Positions 38,501-47,485 of a DNA stretch of 64,000 nucleotides are shown in pieces; within the stretch, counting starts at the first letter, position 1; every line of letters starts with the position of its first letter. The stretch lies in contig JAQGDQ010000552.1 in NCBI GenBank assembly GCA_030141605.1, positions 80,393 to 144,392 on the forward strand, in the 5' to 3' direction. The notes under the pieces were generated by a model, which was not told where the DNA came from, made no database searches, and saw only the letters and a list, made by a program, of their open reading frames with translations. The DNA comes from Tubiluchus corallicola. Taxonomy: Eukaryota; Animalia; Priapulida. The position numbers were made by a program, and so were the translations under genes.

Positions 38501-41500
38501 AACAAATATAATGAAACAGTCATCAAAATATAATGCTATTAAAATATAGTCATTAATTCCGCGTGAAATGAAAACTCTTAATCTTTATCAATTTAAAAAA
38601 GCATCAAAGAATTACCTGCTACAACGGTATAATTAACTCACAATTTTACTCATCCTGATCTTAAGTTACTAAAAAAACTTATTTTGTTCTAATGTACATT
38701 ATAACTGATGAAAAGTAATGTTAATTGTCAATTGTTTCACTTATCTGGAGGAGGACTCGAAAGCTCAATGTTCCTTCCCCCTCCTCACAGTAACTCACAT
38801 AGTTTATTTTTTTTCAGTGTTATATCAATTTATATGTATGTTTGAGTTGCTGTGGAATAAATTCATAATTCATAAGTATTCCTGTAAAAATTGCTCAACA
38901 GAGATGAAAACGTGTTTTTTTTTATTCATAACACTTATTCATCCTTGTACGAAAGAAAGTTAAATGAAGTTTGGCTGTGATCTCACACTGTGTGAGTACT
39001 TGAGAAAATTGAATAAAGAGATTAAGTTTGTTGAGAATAGATGCCAGAATCTATTGCGTGACACCTCTTTATTGTTTCATTGGATTTTGAATTGATAAGA
39101 ACAATTTTTGCAAGGATTCTGGGACTGTTAAATAAAGGTTGAAGATTAGCAAAAGATATGCCTAGTTTTCATTTGGAAAAATTATTTTCAATGAGCGCTT
39201 TTGAACTGTTTCTAACAAATCAGAGAGATTCTGGAAAAGAGACGAGTGCCATACCTGACAAGCGTATTTCAACAACTGGTCTAATCGCGGTGCTGTACAT
39301 CTGCATCATATAATTAGAAGATGTTTCAGCTCTTTTCATTAGTCGCAAAAGATAAATTCTTTTACTCGCTTTAAAATAAATTGAATGTACGTAGGTGTTC
39401 CACGTTAAAACTTTAGGTATTTGTATGCCTAAAAGTTTAACGGAATTAACTCTTTCTACCTTCTTATTAGACACAGTAATAGAAGGCATATCAGGAGGCT
39501 TAGCCATGAAAGTGACAATCATTTCATTAATTTAGACATATTGAAATTTAGCTTATTGGCGTTCGCCCATTGTAATACCTGATTAGCTGCGGTTTGAATT
39601 TTGAGATAGTCTGTAGAGGTGCCGTCACTATAGTCGGATATAGTCGTGTCGTCAATATACTTGACGTCATCACATATTGTGTGTAAGTCATTGATTACAG
39701 TAACGAACAGAGTTATATAATATGTCTATGTCTATGTTTGATTGACTGTGTTTTCTCTCCTCGTAGGTTTACACAGCGGTTCCTGCGTTGCTGGTGTGGT
39801 CGGATTAACCATGCCACGTTATTGCCTGTTTGGCAGCACAATCATGGATGCCGCTCGCATGGAAGCCAGCGGAAAACGTAAGTGCGATCAAACCGGATGG
39901 GGGAACAAAAATGTTCTCAAACTAATGCGCCCAGTTTAGACCATCAGGTTTCCCTGGTGATTGTGGGTGAGTGACAGGCAAAAGTGGTAGCGTGGACATA
40001 ATACATTCATCGGTGACATGAAAAAGAATGACAACTTTTACTGTTAATCAACCAGATGTTAAGTTAACTTGCCAAGTAACTCGCAAGTGTGTTCAGATTA
40101 GAAACCAAAATTTGTTGCAAGTTACTCTCACACAGTAAACGTGAGCTGACACTCGCTTCTCTATTCACTACGAGAAATGTCAATGAGGCATTCACACTAG
40201 CGTTAGACAACTCAATGTAACTGTCGGAGAATTTGCAATTTTTTGCCGGCAGTAACTCACAAAACAGTTCACACTTGTGAGTTTGCTGACATAGAAAAAC
40301 TCGCAAATCTGAACGCATCGTAAGCCAATACTCACTTGACTATTCACTACGAGAAGTGTTGAGAGTAACTCCCCAACGCATTCACACTAGACAGTAACTC
40401 AACTCGCACCAACTGTCGAAGAGTTTGCAACTTCTTGCCGACAGTAACTTGCAGAGGACTTCGCGATTGTGAGTTTGCCGTCAGAGAGAAAATTCGCGAC
40501 AGAAATCTCGCTAGTGTGAACGCCCCTTAAATAAGTGTGAGATTGGACTAGGCCAGAAGTTGAAAAGCAATTCAAGAAGCTGAATACATTGCTGTAATTG
40601 TAGGTTTTTCACAAGGATTGAATCCAGTCTGACTCAGATAGTGAAAAACATGTCAACGCAAAGTCTGGTCATGTGTCAAAGTCAGCAACACTTCTGTTTA
40701 AGTTGTTCACATTTTCTCACATCAGCCGTTTCCTTAGATTTGCCAAAACGAAGGCAATCCGAGGATTGCCGAAAAAAAACCGTTTCATGTCATCTTTTGT
40801 AGTAGTGTCACAGTTATGTCACCAGTTACGACATAAATTTCCATACAGCGGTAGATAAATAAAAACAAAGAAATGCATGTCAAAACCTACTACGCTAATT
40901 TACTATGGACTCAGGATTGTATATGTTCTACAAAGCTTTCATACAGTTATATAGGTTTTACACGTCAAATGTAGACACAGTAAAGTTCAAGTGTGACTCA
41001 GGTAAGTCAAATGTAGACACAGGAATTTCGAATGTGATTTGGTAACTCAAATGTGTCTTAGGTAAGTCAAATGTAGATGCGGTACTTTGAATAAATCGGT
41101 AATTAACTCATTTAAGTGCAAATTACAAAATGGCCTGCATCTGCGGCCGTTATGATATTAACAGACTGTTCTGCCAACTGAGCTAATATTGCCATTCTCT
41201 GACCATGATTCTGCACTAGAAGATTTTCTCTAATATCTGCAAGAAGACGCTTTATTTCAGCCTATTAAGATTTGTTGAAAACCATTGTTAGCACATTTGA
41301 ACCACCTAAGTCTACATTTGAGTTACCAAGATGCATTTGAATTACCCAATCTACATTTCAGTTAACGCAGGTCTACATTTGACGTGTAAAACCTATATCA
41401 TTTTTCAGACAAGACCAACAAAATTTTTCAGACTTGCTAAAATGCTGAATAATGATATAAATAAGAAATACATGTTACCGAATCTTCACACAACACATAA

Positions 41501-43158
41501 GATAAGAAGTAAGACTGGCATTTGTTTCGCATCAAACTGAATGTACATCTGCCAGACTTTTTGCCCTGAACGAAACCCAATATTTCCACATTAGAATTTG
41601 AAATGCGCTTGCTAATTTTGTCCGTTTTTGGATTTCATAGCGCCAAATTTGATACCATCCTTCATTCAACCACGTAGACTATGGACTAGTAACCCAAAGG
41701 CTGCAAGTTCAAATCCCAGTTTGTTTGTTCTGATTTCATATTATTTTTCAGCAGGGAGGGTGCAGTCTTGCAGATTGGTGTGGCTTCCATAAGAAGGGGT
41801 ACTTTTGGCGGACTGAAATATTTTCAGTCTGATTAAGATATATGTCACAACTTAACTTAATGTTCAGTTAAAAACTGCTTTTGCCATTTGTATAAAAATT
41901 GAATAATTATTATAATACACTTCAATACAGCGGTAGTATAAATTAACTTTATGCTCTCATAGATAGTTTCTTATGCAAAATTCTTTGTTATATTTTTCCA
42001 ACGTTTAAGTGATAAGGGTAAAATAAGCCCCACATGCCGAGTGGCTTGTCCTTTCCTTTAATTTGTACTATGAATAACATGATCATTTTAAAACTGTCGT
42101 TATACTATCACTACCTTTAATGTGTAGAATTTATAACACGATCTCTGTTACCTTTAGCTCAGCGCATACACATCAGCCGAGAGTTTTACCAGGGTGTAAC
42201 ACAATTCAACGAAGGTTACGAAGTCGAACTGCGAGGTGACATGAATGTTAAGGTACCCAAAAATTATCCACAGCTTCTTTCCAAGTAGAAACTATTGCTG
42301 TTCTAAATAGCATTAAAGGAAGACTTATATGCTTATATGTGACTAAGCTGACCGTCTCGTGTTTAAAGAAGACAGGATAATTTTTCATATACTACCCCAT
42401 TTTCCAGTCTGATAAAAAGTATACATTTTACCACAATTAATATTGCAAAAGCGTTTCTGACAATTTAATAATAGATTAAAAACTTAATTAACAGCAGGCG
42501 AGCCGAACTATTGATGACATCACAAACTAACATAATTTTCAACAGCAAAAATATTCCACGAGCGACTTGCACGTGTTTGCAAAAGTGAAAATTGAAGTAC
42601 AGTGCTAGTGTAAGATATTCAGCGTGTTGTACTAAAACTAGGTAAGTTTTAAGATAAAAATTCAAATTTCAAATTTACCGCTGTGCTCACGCATGAGCCG
42701 CCGAACGTGTGTAGTTTGTCACAAACTATCTGAACTGAGAGGTGCAGCATCTGTTTTTTGTGCAATGTGTTTCCGAAATGCAGGCGCTAGTGCCCATCTA
42801 ACTAGCGAATGGCGAATGCAAAGTTACGTTTGTGTGGTAATAATTCGTTCACATAAGTTATTTTTGAAAAAATAGAATGTTTCCTTTCAATATTTTAAAG
42901 AGTAGATTGTTTTGACCTGCAGTTTAAAATTGGGTCCTGGTTTTGCTTTAAGATCTGTCGGGCGACATTAATGACAAGGTACGCAAAAATTATGCACAGT
43001 TTTTTCAAGAACAAGCTGTTGCTGTTCTAGATCACATTAAGGTCTGTTCACACATTTAAAATAAATTGCATGTAATTTTATAGGGTAAAGGCTGGCTGAC
43101 TACCTATTGGCTAAATGGCAAAGAGGGTTACAAAAAGAAATTGCCACAGCACGACTGA
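5476..43158 (+). CDS. Receptor-type (natriuretic peptide receptor-like) guanylate cyclase, 24 coding exons, ~1122 aa
   Basis: 24 GT-AG exons join in frame (3369 nt incl. stop): signal peptide, ANF-receptor ectodomain ([25 protein letters not shown]), [10 protein letters not shown] plus TM, kinase-homology domain ([23 protein letters not shown]), coiled coil, cyclase ([34 protein letters not shown]). Confidence 0.95.
6198..6670. mobile_element. Tc1/mariner-pogo-type MITE family A (TIR cagtcaacctc, TA flanks)
   Basis: ta-cagtcaacctcgg ... gaggttgactg-ta; homologues at 7990, 25454 and 31449. Confidence 0.85.
6796..6873 (+). CDS. Receptor GC exon 2
   Basis: ttcag|[26 protein letters not shown]|gtaagt. 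Confidence 0.85.
7073..7735. mobile_element. ~650-bp MITE family B (TIR tgtgtgcttgca)
   Basis: tgtgtgcttgca...tgcaagcacaca; five more copies in the window. Confidence 0.85.
7839..7948 (+). CDS. Receptor GC exon 3
   Basis: [11 protein letters not shown]...[11 protein letters not shown]; GT-AG bounded. Confidence 0.9.
7990..8476. mobile_element. MITE family A copy, inverted relative to the 6198 copy
   Basis: Same TIRs and TA flanks; internal sequence is the reverse complement of 6198-6670. Confidence 0.85.
8584..8743 (+). CDS. Receptor GC exon 4
   Basis: [24 protein letters not shown]...STMARTLG. Confidence 0.92.
9085..9269 (+). CDS. Receptor GC exon 5
   Basis: [12 protein letters not shown]...[10 protein letters not shown]. 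Confidence 0.92.
9817..10075. mobile_element. Partial Kolobok-like non-autonomous element (family C)
   Basis: ttaa-agcaaaaccaggacccaatc start shared with the 13626, 23178, 42367, 50037 and 60455 copies. Confidence 0.65.
10352..10700 (-). mobile_element. LINE (L2/CR1-group) 3' end remnant
   Basis: Minus strand ends in aaataaatgacttatgacttatga tail after a stem-loop. Confidence 0.4.
10731..10924 (+). CDS. Receptor GC exon 6
   Basis: IVILSVP...[17 protein letters not shown]...[10 protein letters not shown]. Confidence 0.92.
11535..11903. mobile_element. MITE family D (TIR caataagcc.tttcacagtt)
   Basis: Homologous to 26790-27167 (inverted) and 52088-52482. Confidence 0.75.
11983..12108 (+). 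CDS. Receptor GC exon 7
   Basis: [28 protein letters not shown]...LSH|gtacgt. Confidence 0.88.
12406..12527. mobile_element. Short hAT-type MITE (family E) with 8-bp TSD atagcagc
   Basis: atagcagc-taggggtgagcat...ctcagcccta-atagcagc. Confidence 0.85.
12535..12877. repeat. 56-bp minisatellite, ~6 copies
   Basis: cacaaacaccatggcaacctattgttccagctaagctgtggtttgctgctgcgtgt. Confidence 0.95.
13459..13594 (+). CDS. Receptor GC exon 8
   Basis: [35 protein letters not shown]... Confidence 0.93.
13626..14194. mobile_element. Kolobok-like non-autonomous element (family C)
   Basis: Flanked by TTAA on both sides, starts AG, imperfect TIRs. Confidence 0.7.
14361..14488 (+). CDS. Receptor GC exon 9
   Basis: [23 protein letters not shown]...DNGSQ|gtgagt. 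Confidence 0.92.
15020..15400 (-). mobile_element. LINE ORF2 C-terminal fragment
   Basis: Minus ORF ...[11 protein letters not shown]...[13 protein letters not shown], typical of non-LTR ORF2 ends. Confidence 0.65.
15533..16180. mobile_element. MITE family B copy
   Basis: Same TIRs and body as 7073-7735. Confidence 0.85.
16304..16703. mobile_element. pogo/Tigger-like MITE (TIR cagtcaaccctc.ttaaaccgga)
   Basis: TA-flanked TIRs; second copy at 18495-18828. Confidence 0.8.
17467..17663 (+). CDS. Receptor GC exon 10 (juxtamembrane Cys pair and transmembrane helix)
   Basis: [16 protein letters not shown]...[25 protein letters not shown]. Confidence 0.95.
17746..18120 (+). mobile_element. Penelope-like element terminal remnant with inverted duplication
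   Basis: ~120-bp imperfect inverted repeat (17746-17868 vs 17907-18022) directly followed by a minimal hammerhead motif. Confidence 0.6.
18033..18079 (+). ncRNA. Minimal type-I hammerhead ribozyme motif (Penelope-type)
   Basis: acca-CTGATGA-a-gacag[cagtagct]ctgtc-GAAA-cgtt-tgacatggt: both core boxes, 5-bp helix II, palindromic aacgtt helix III. Confidence 0.65.
18294..18414 (+). CDS. Receptor GC exon 11
   Basis: [21 protein letters not shown]...[10 protein letters not shown]. Confidence 0.9.
18495..18828. mobile_element. pogo/Tigger-like MITE (internally deleted copy of the 16304 element)
   Basis: Shared TIRs and body. Confidence 0.8.
18851..19495. mobile_element. MITE family B copy
   Basis: Homology to the 7073 copy; right end degenerate. 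Confidence 0.8.
19532..19768 (+). CDS. Receptor GC exon 12 (Ser-rich linker, start of kinase-homology domain)
   Basis: DSPRTGSLK...[21 protein letters not shown]...EFNI. Confidence 0.9.
19795..20218. mobile_element. Tigger-like MITE
   Basis: ta-cagtaagtcatcgcttagcgatg ... catcgttaagcgaggacttactg-ta; a partial end also at ~25380-25435. Confidence 0.8.
20270..20865. repeat. 126-134-bp minisatellite, ~4.5 copies
   Basis: Recurring tatactgccatctattgacaaagaaagagagctttagatgctag. Confidence 0.93.
21220..21324 (+). CDS. Receptor GC exon 13
   Basis: [35 protein letters not shown]. Confidence 0.95.
21370..21872. repeat. Degenerate ~35-bp minisatellite
   Basis: cagttagtagtatgttttgtttgtatctgtgtc-like units. 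Confidence 0.85.
21872..22105 (-). mobile_element. tRNA-derived SINE (Meta-domain-like core, (TTA)n tail)
   Basis: Minus strand: A/B-box-like head, caaagacttaaaaaatggtaccgctggttcttcgaccaagcacg core, tail aaattattattatta. Confidence 0.55.
22110..22398 (+). mobile_element. RTE-clade LINE 3' end
   Basis: RLRWYGH-like remnant, [10 protein letters not shown] end and (gaa)n tail. Confidence 0.75.
22487..22609 (+). CDS. Receptor GC exon 14
   Basis: [41 protein letters not shown]. Confidence 0.95.
22749..23155. mobile_element. hAT-type MITE (family E) with 8-bp TSD atatcagc
   Basis: atatcagc-taggggtgagcat...atgctcaccccta-atatcagc; internal ttcgaa repeats. Confidence 0.9.
23178..24470. mobile_element. 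Family C (Kolobok-like) copy interrupted by a nested MITE
   Basis: ttaa-aggaaaacc start; family C sequence resumes after 24417. Confidence 0.65.
23754..24415. mobile_element. pogo-like MITE (TIR cagtctaacctcgttatctcgcc)
   Basis: Long TIR with TA on both sides. Confidence 0.88.
24642..24762 (+). CDS. Receptor GC exon 15
   Basis: [19 protein letters not shown]... Confidence 0.92.
25454..25961. mobile_element. MITE family A copy
   Basis: ta-cagtcaacctcgg...ccgaggttgactg-ta. Confidence 0.88.
26038..26187 (+). CDS. Receptor GC exon 16
   Basis: [10 protein letters not shown]...[17 protein letters not shown]. Confidence 0.95.
26459..26764. repeat. Imperfect (GAT)n microsatellite
   Basis: ~100 gat/ggt/gac triplets. 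Confidence 0.97.
26790..27167. mobile_element. MITE family D copy (inverted)
   Basis: Reverse complement of the 11535 and 52088 copies. Confidence 0.75.
27248..27425 (+). CDS. Receptor GC exon 17
   Basis: [16 protein letters not shown]...[14 protein letters not shown]. Confidence 0.95.
27627..28474. repeat. 134-bp minisatellite, ~6.3 copies
   Basis: cattggtcaccc recurs every 134 bp (27761, 27895, 28029...). Confidence 0.95.
28591..29252. mobile_element. MITE family B copy (inverted)
   Basis: Reverse complement of the 7073 copy. Confidence 0.85.
29995..30505 (-). mobile_element. Ty3/Gypsy LTR-retrotransposon reverse-transcriptase fragment
   Basis: HRINTG...[28 protein letters not shown]...YPLPRIDD...FSTLDL...KTAF...[16 protein letters not shown]...YLDE. 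Confidence 0.93.
30578..30715 (+). CDS. Receptor GC exon 18 (dimerisation coiled coil)
   Basis: [44 protein letters not shown]. Confidence 0.95.
31449..31928. mobile_element. MITE family A copy
   Basis: Same left TIR and body; right end slightly eroded. Confidence 0.82.
32137..32702. repeat. 42-bp minisatellite, ~13 copies
   Basis: cctcatgaggagaatgcatagcttctagctggcagcagaatt. Confidence 0.97.
32866..32989 (+). CDS. Receptor GC exon 19 (first metal-binding Asp)
   Basis: SVADALKAG...[22 protein letters not shown]. Confidence 0.96.
33279..33347 (+). CDS. Receptor GC exon 20
   Basis: [23 protein letters not shown]. Confidence 0.96.
33850..35365. repeat. 98-bp minisatellite, ~15 copies
   Basis: aaaacttgcagaattgcaggctgctgaaaataaatactggtgctgtcctctgttgaccagaaagttaatg... 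every 98 bp. Confidence 0.97.
36843..37005 (+). CDS. Receptor GC exon 21
   Basis: [19 protein letters not shown]...LRLRIG. Confidence 0.96.
37195..37493. repeat. 20-bp minisatellite, ~15 copies
   Basis: ttgacagttatgcatatgaa. Confidence 0.97.
38450..38876 (+). mobile_element. LINE (L2/Crack-like) 3' end remnant
   Basis: FKK..K.YLL-like ORF2 end, gaggagg/cctcctc stem-loop, aataaattcataattcataa tail. Confidence 0.5.
38990..39715 (-). mobile_element. CR1/L2-group LINE RT C-terminal fragment
   Basis: INDL...KYIDDTT...[11 protein letters not shown]...[12 protein letters not shown]...[10 protein letters not shown]...IRPVVE, with frameshifts. Confidence 0.85.
39767..39877 (+). CDS. Receptor GC exon 22 (atypical catalytic motif)
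   Basis: [37 protein letters not shown]. Confidence 0.96.
40185..40527. mobile_element. PIF/Harbinger-like MITE remnant
   Basis: ggcattcacactagcg ... cgctagtgtgaacgcccct-taa inverted ends; internal aactcgca repeats. Confidence 0.5.
40952..41395. mobile_element. Unclassified MITE with 25-bp perfect TIR
   Basis: taggttttacacgtcaaatgtagac ... gtctacatttgacgtgtaaaaccta. Confidence 0.85.
42158..42252 (+). CDS. Receptor GC exon 23
   Basis: [12 protein letters not shown]...[13 protein letters not shown]. Confidence 0.95.
42367..42947. mobile_element. Kolobok-like family C copy (inverted)
   Basis: ttaa-ag...ct-ttaa. Confidence 0.75.
43084..43158 (+). CDS. Receptor GC exon 24 (stop)
   Basis: [24 protein letters not shown]. 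Confidence 0.95.
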   Translation, partial: GKGWLTTYWLNGKEGYKKKLPQHD

Positions 43159-43374
43159 TTTCTACGACTTTGAACTATCCGCAAGATGAACGATGAGCTA
43201 TGAATATTCATTCCAGACTCAACCAGTCGAACTTGACGATACAGCGACGAATGGCATCACACATGCTGTTGTTTAGATTTTCTAACCAGAAATTGGCAAA
43301 AGAGGTCATCATTTGTTGGGTTGATAGTTTCAGACTTCAGTTTCTGTTTCTTGTAGTTGCAATGCTGCATGCAA

Positions 43375-43660
43375 TAGTAAAGCAAGACACCTGTAGTTCT
43401 TTTATCTCGTCGTACAGGGTGGTCTAGACAAAACGTCCCCTAGGATCCTAGTAAAGCAAGACACCTGTAGTTCTTTTATCTCGTCGTACAGGGTGGTCTA
43501 GACAAAACGTTCCATAGGACCCTAGTAAAGCAAGACACCTGTAGTTCTTTTATCTCGTCGTACAGGGTGGTCTAGACAAAACGTCCACTAGGACCCTAGT
43601 AAAGCAAGACACTCGTAGTTCTTTTATCTTGTCGTACAGGGTGGTCGAGACAAAACATCC
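43375..43660. repeat. 74-bp tandem repeat (~4 copies) spanning a MITE left junction
   Basis: agtaaagcaagacac recurs at 43376, 43450, 43524 and 43598. Confidence 0.93.
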
Positions 43661-44095
43661 CCAAATTGTCGCTTAACTCTTCATCCTGGTAGAGGCGTTT
43701 GTAAAAGAGGGCCAAATCAGCCGCGTACCCTAGTTTCTCCTCTTTCTCCCCAAATCCTGGTAGAGGCGTTTGTAAAAGAGAGCCACGCGAACTGTGTATT
43801 CTAGTTTCTCCTCTTTCTAACGAGCTATAAATCCCCTCCCCCCAGACCCTCATCGAGCACCACTAGGAAGTTTTTTATACAGTTTCGATTATTTTTAGAG
43901 GTTTTTCAACTGCCGTTTCTAGAAGTTGCTATGGTTTCCTAGCGACTCTTAGTGGGGGATTTTGGAGGGAAATTTGTAGCTTTTTGGAAAGAAGAGAAAT
44001 CGGGCTGTACGAAGATGTGGGTCACTTTTACAAAAGGCTGTAATAGGAAGAAGGGTACAAGTTAATTTGGGGGCACTTTTTTCTGGGCGACCCTG
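43637..44095. mobile_element. Tc1/mariner-type palindromic MITE
   Basis: ta-cagggtggtc...ccccaaatt ... aatttggggg...gaccctg-ta. Confidence 0.7.
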
Positions 44096-45194
44096 TACAT
44101 CACACGTTTAGCACATTAAAAATGATAAACCACATTTACAAGACTTTAAGGCATGTTAGTCAAGATGTATGGCAACTTTCAGCATATAAAATTAACACTT
44201 GCCGCATAAAGTAGACATTTTTGAAAGTGAGTAAATATTTTGAATGGAACGCCTGCATACCGTAAAGTAACTAGGTTGGTGACTGTATTATATCACACGT
44301 GCTACAAATCACACGTGGTAAATGCGGCTTAAATACCTTTTCATGTGGCTGGCTAGATGCTTGGTCTAGAATTCACCTAGCCAGTGAAAAAGAAAAAAAA
44401 TAATGAAATGGATTATTGTCACAGATTTATAGACTTTTAATGTATTTTATAATTAATGTAAGATTTTATTTACTACATAGACCATGTAATGCTTCATGCC
44501 AGCTATTAAATAATTATCTTTAGTCCAATTTTTATACAATTTTTTTGCGCAGACGGTCGCCACGAATGGCGTAAGATTACAAATGTTACTTTACTATCGC
44601 ACTAACCGCACTACTTTCAATTTCGTTGTAGTGCGACAAGTACGACAAATCAAGTTAAGGATATTCCTTCTTATTGTATCGTATGAAGTATGAATTTTAA
44701 TATTGTAAGCTAAATGTAGCTGATTATGAATTATGTAAACTGCTCAGAAAAGAACATTATTTATTACACTGTTAAAATCAACAAAAAAATCGTAAATTAT
44801 TATTCAACGTAGAGTCGGTAATTTTCACATTCAGTATTGAAATACTGATTAATTCGTAGACAACTTAGTATTCATAGAAATTCTGAGCACGTATCTCTTC
44901 GTATCTACAATACAGTATATATATAATAAATAATATATTTTATGATTAAAGTTTAATGAAGTTTAACGCACATAAAACTTGGAACGTACATTGGAACATG
45001 ACCTCATTTCTGTATTACGAAACCCCTTTATCAAGTTATATAGTGAGTAGAACACCTTGTAAAATTCTAGTCATTCTGATTGTGTTGTTAGCAAGATGGT
45101 ATTAAAACTGATCTCATTTGTTTCTAATTAACAGAATTGCATAATCAGTAATTGAAAATTATTGCACTGTTCTAGAGAAACTATTGATTTCACG

Positions 45195-45226
<32 letters not shown>

Positions 45227-46251
45227 ACAATAAAGACTGCAGTACTAATAAAATTTAAAGAAATTTGTCATGGTTTTTTTCCTGCAAGAAAGCACATTTT
45301 AAAAATCCTGACCATAGGCTATACGGTCAATGGTAAATGGTTTGTGCAAAATTTAGCATGGTTTTTTCCTGCAAGAAAGCACATTTTAATAATCCTGACC
45401 ACAGGCTATATGGTCAATGGTTTGTGCAGAGACTGTCTAAATATGAAGAGAATAGGGTGACCAGTGACCACTACTGTTGGGAATTGGTTTTATTTCTATG
45501 ATTAATTAATGACCTTCAATCATGACCAAAGATCGACTAATGATCATTCGTAATATTTTGTAGAGTCGTGTCAGTGTAAAATATTATATTAGAACAATAA
45601 CTGCCTTCATCCAATGAATAATAACTGCCTGCTGTTTCACTCGTGCGTCTCAATGCGGGAAATCAATCATGAATGTCACAAAGCGGCAAGCTCTACGCAC
45701 AGATATCCCATATTGCTCCTTGCTGTAAGCCGCACTGCTTCAGCATTGAGAACGGAAGTGGTGCTGACAAGGCACCGGCATAGCATTGTCTAGACTTTTT
45801 GCTGGATTACTGCTGCGTTTACCTGTCTGAAGGCAGATTTCTTTTATTTTAGAATTCTGCCTGCCCAATGTCTACAATAGACGTGACGAGCGTATGATGA
45901 TGATGATTATGATGATGGTGATGATGATGATGCTTCACCATTGATTGTCGGCAATTTCTTTTGCTAAGTAATAGTTCTATTCGTGTTAATTATCACGCAT
46001 ATTCATTAAACGACATGTTGATCGAGCGGAATATTTATAATCATAGCACATTTCATAAACTTGTAGAAAAATTCCGAAAGATTAACAGACTTCACATATT
46101 ATTCATCATAATTGCGTAATAATTATCATTGTTTTATTGTATTATCTTCATACAGTAATCAGAACTAACATTAGCTTAACAATTTTGATACAATTTCACA
46201 TAATGCATGATATAAGTAAATATATACAAGCTTGGTTAAATGTGTCTAAAG

Positions 46252-47238
46252 TAGGGTTGCCAGATTAGAAAATTAGAAATACGAGACATCTCTCTATATG
46301 TTACCATACATGCAAAGATTTTAATGGATTATGAGGAAAGAAAAGTAAAATCATTTGAAAATTATTTAATAAAAGCTAAAAAATTCTGTAAAAGTGAAAT
46401 CATTTGAGAATGTTTATTTAATACTACAACAGGGAATTATTATTATTATATATTTAATACAGGCAGTATAGACAAAAAAAAAGGAATTTTGAGAAAATGA
46501 AGTCACTGCAAAATTCTTATTCAACAGAGACAATATAAAAATGTACAGGGAAATAATTTGAAAAATTAATATTTAACTATGACACACACCGCTGAACGGG
46601 CTATCTATCCATGGCTAGCACCACCCTCGGCCTGTTCCAGTTCTTCAGAAATAAGAGGTATAAGTTTTGCAAAAAACGTCCGAAAATGGCCGTTTTTGGA
46701 GGTTTTTCGCCCCCGTTCCTCCCGGTGTGCCCGATTCGAAAAATAAACACCCAATGGCACGACACTAGATCGAGACGTTTCGTTTGATGTATAGATCGCC
46801 GCAAATTGTGCCGTCGTCCGAGCTGTAGCCTCGAATCATATATAAATATATACCAGTAAAATTAATATATACGATACATACAATACTGGAAATAAACTAA
46901 AAATTTATTTAACCTGGAGTGCAGGACGGTAACCATAGCAACTGAACAAGTTGCAAACAGGCAGCAAACACGTCAGTTTTGTGTAAATTTCTAGCACCAC
47001 AAGTTTCCTCGTTACATTTGAGTTATTTTCATTAAAGAGAATCTGAGAAAAGAAAGTTTAATTAATTAAAAAGTTACAACTAAGAACAGTAAGAAGGTAG
47101 TAAAACTATATTTTTATACGAAATTTGAAAATGAACTATATACAAGAAATTTGGGTGTCCTCGAAAGGTCAGCATGGGACAGGGGCCGAATTCAAATATG
47201 GCCCATGCGCCGCACATAAGGGACGTCTAGCAACCCTA
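46252..47238. mobile_element. hAT non-autonomous element, 8-bp TSD gtctaaag/gtctagag
   Basis: TIR tagggttgccaga ... tctagcaacccta. Confidence 0.8.
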
Positions 47239-47340
47239 GTCTAGAGATGAATTTGATTTTATATTATCACAAATAATCACATCGGAGCATCATCATCATC
47301 ACCCAGACGTTATACAACAAGCTAAGCTTTACTCAAGCTG

Positions 47341-47485
47341 CTACCGTTTGCTCGATACTTGAGACTTCATGTCTACAATTTTCTCCACCAGGGCGCGCTT
47401 TCCGGGACCGCACTTGCTTTGCACGAAGTTCAAGTCGGCAAGATTCTTTTGTTGGAATGCAAATTCTGCTGCGTCGTCGAGTAAC
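47341..47485 (-). CDS. VPS16: VPS16 last coding exon
   Basis: [15 protein letters not shown]...VSSKR*. Confidence 0.88.

Noticed and set aside
41670-41722. tRNA-like B box (gttcaaatccc)
   Set aside because: No complete cloverleaf; at most a SINE head remnant.
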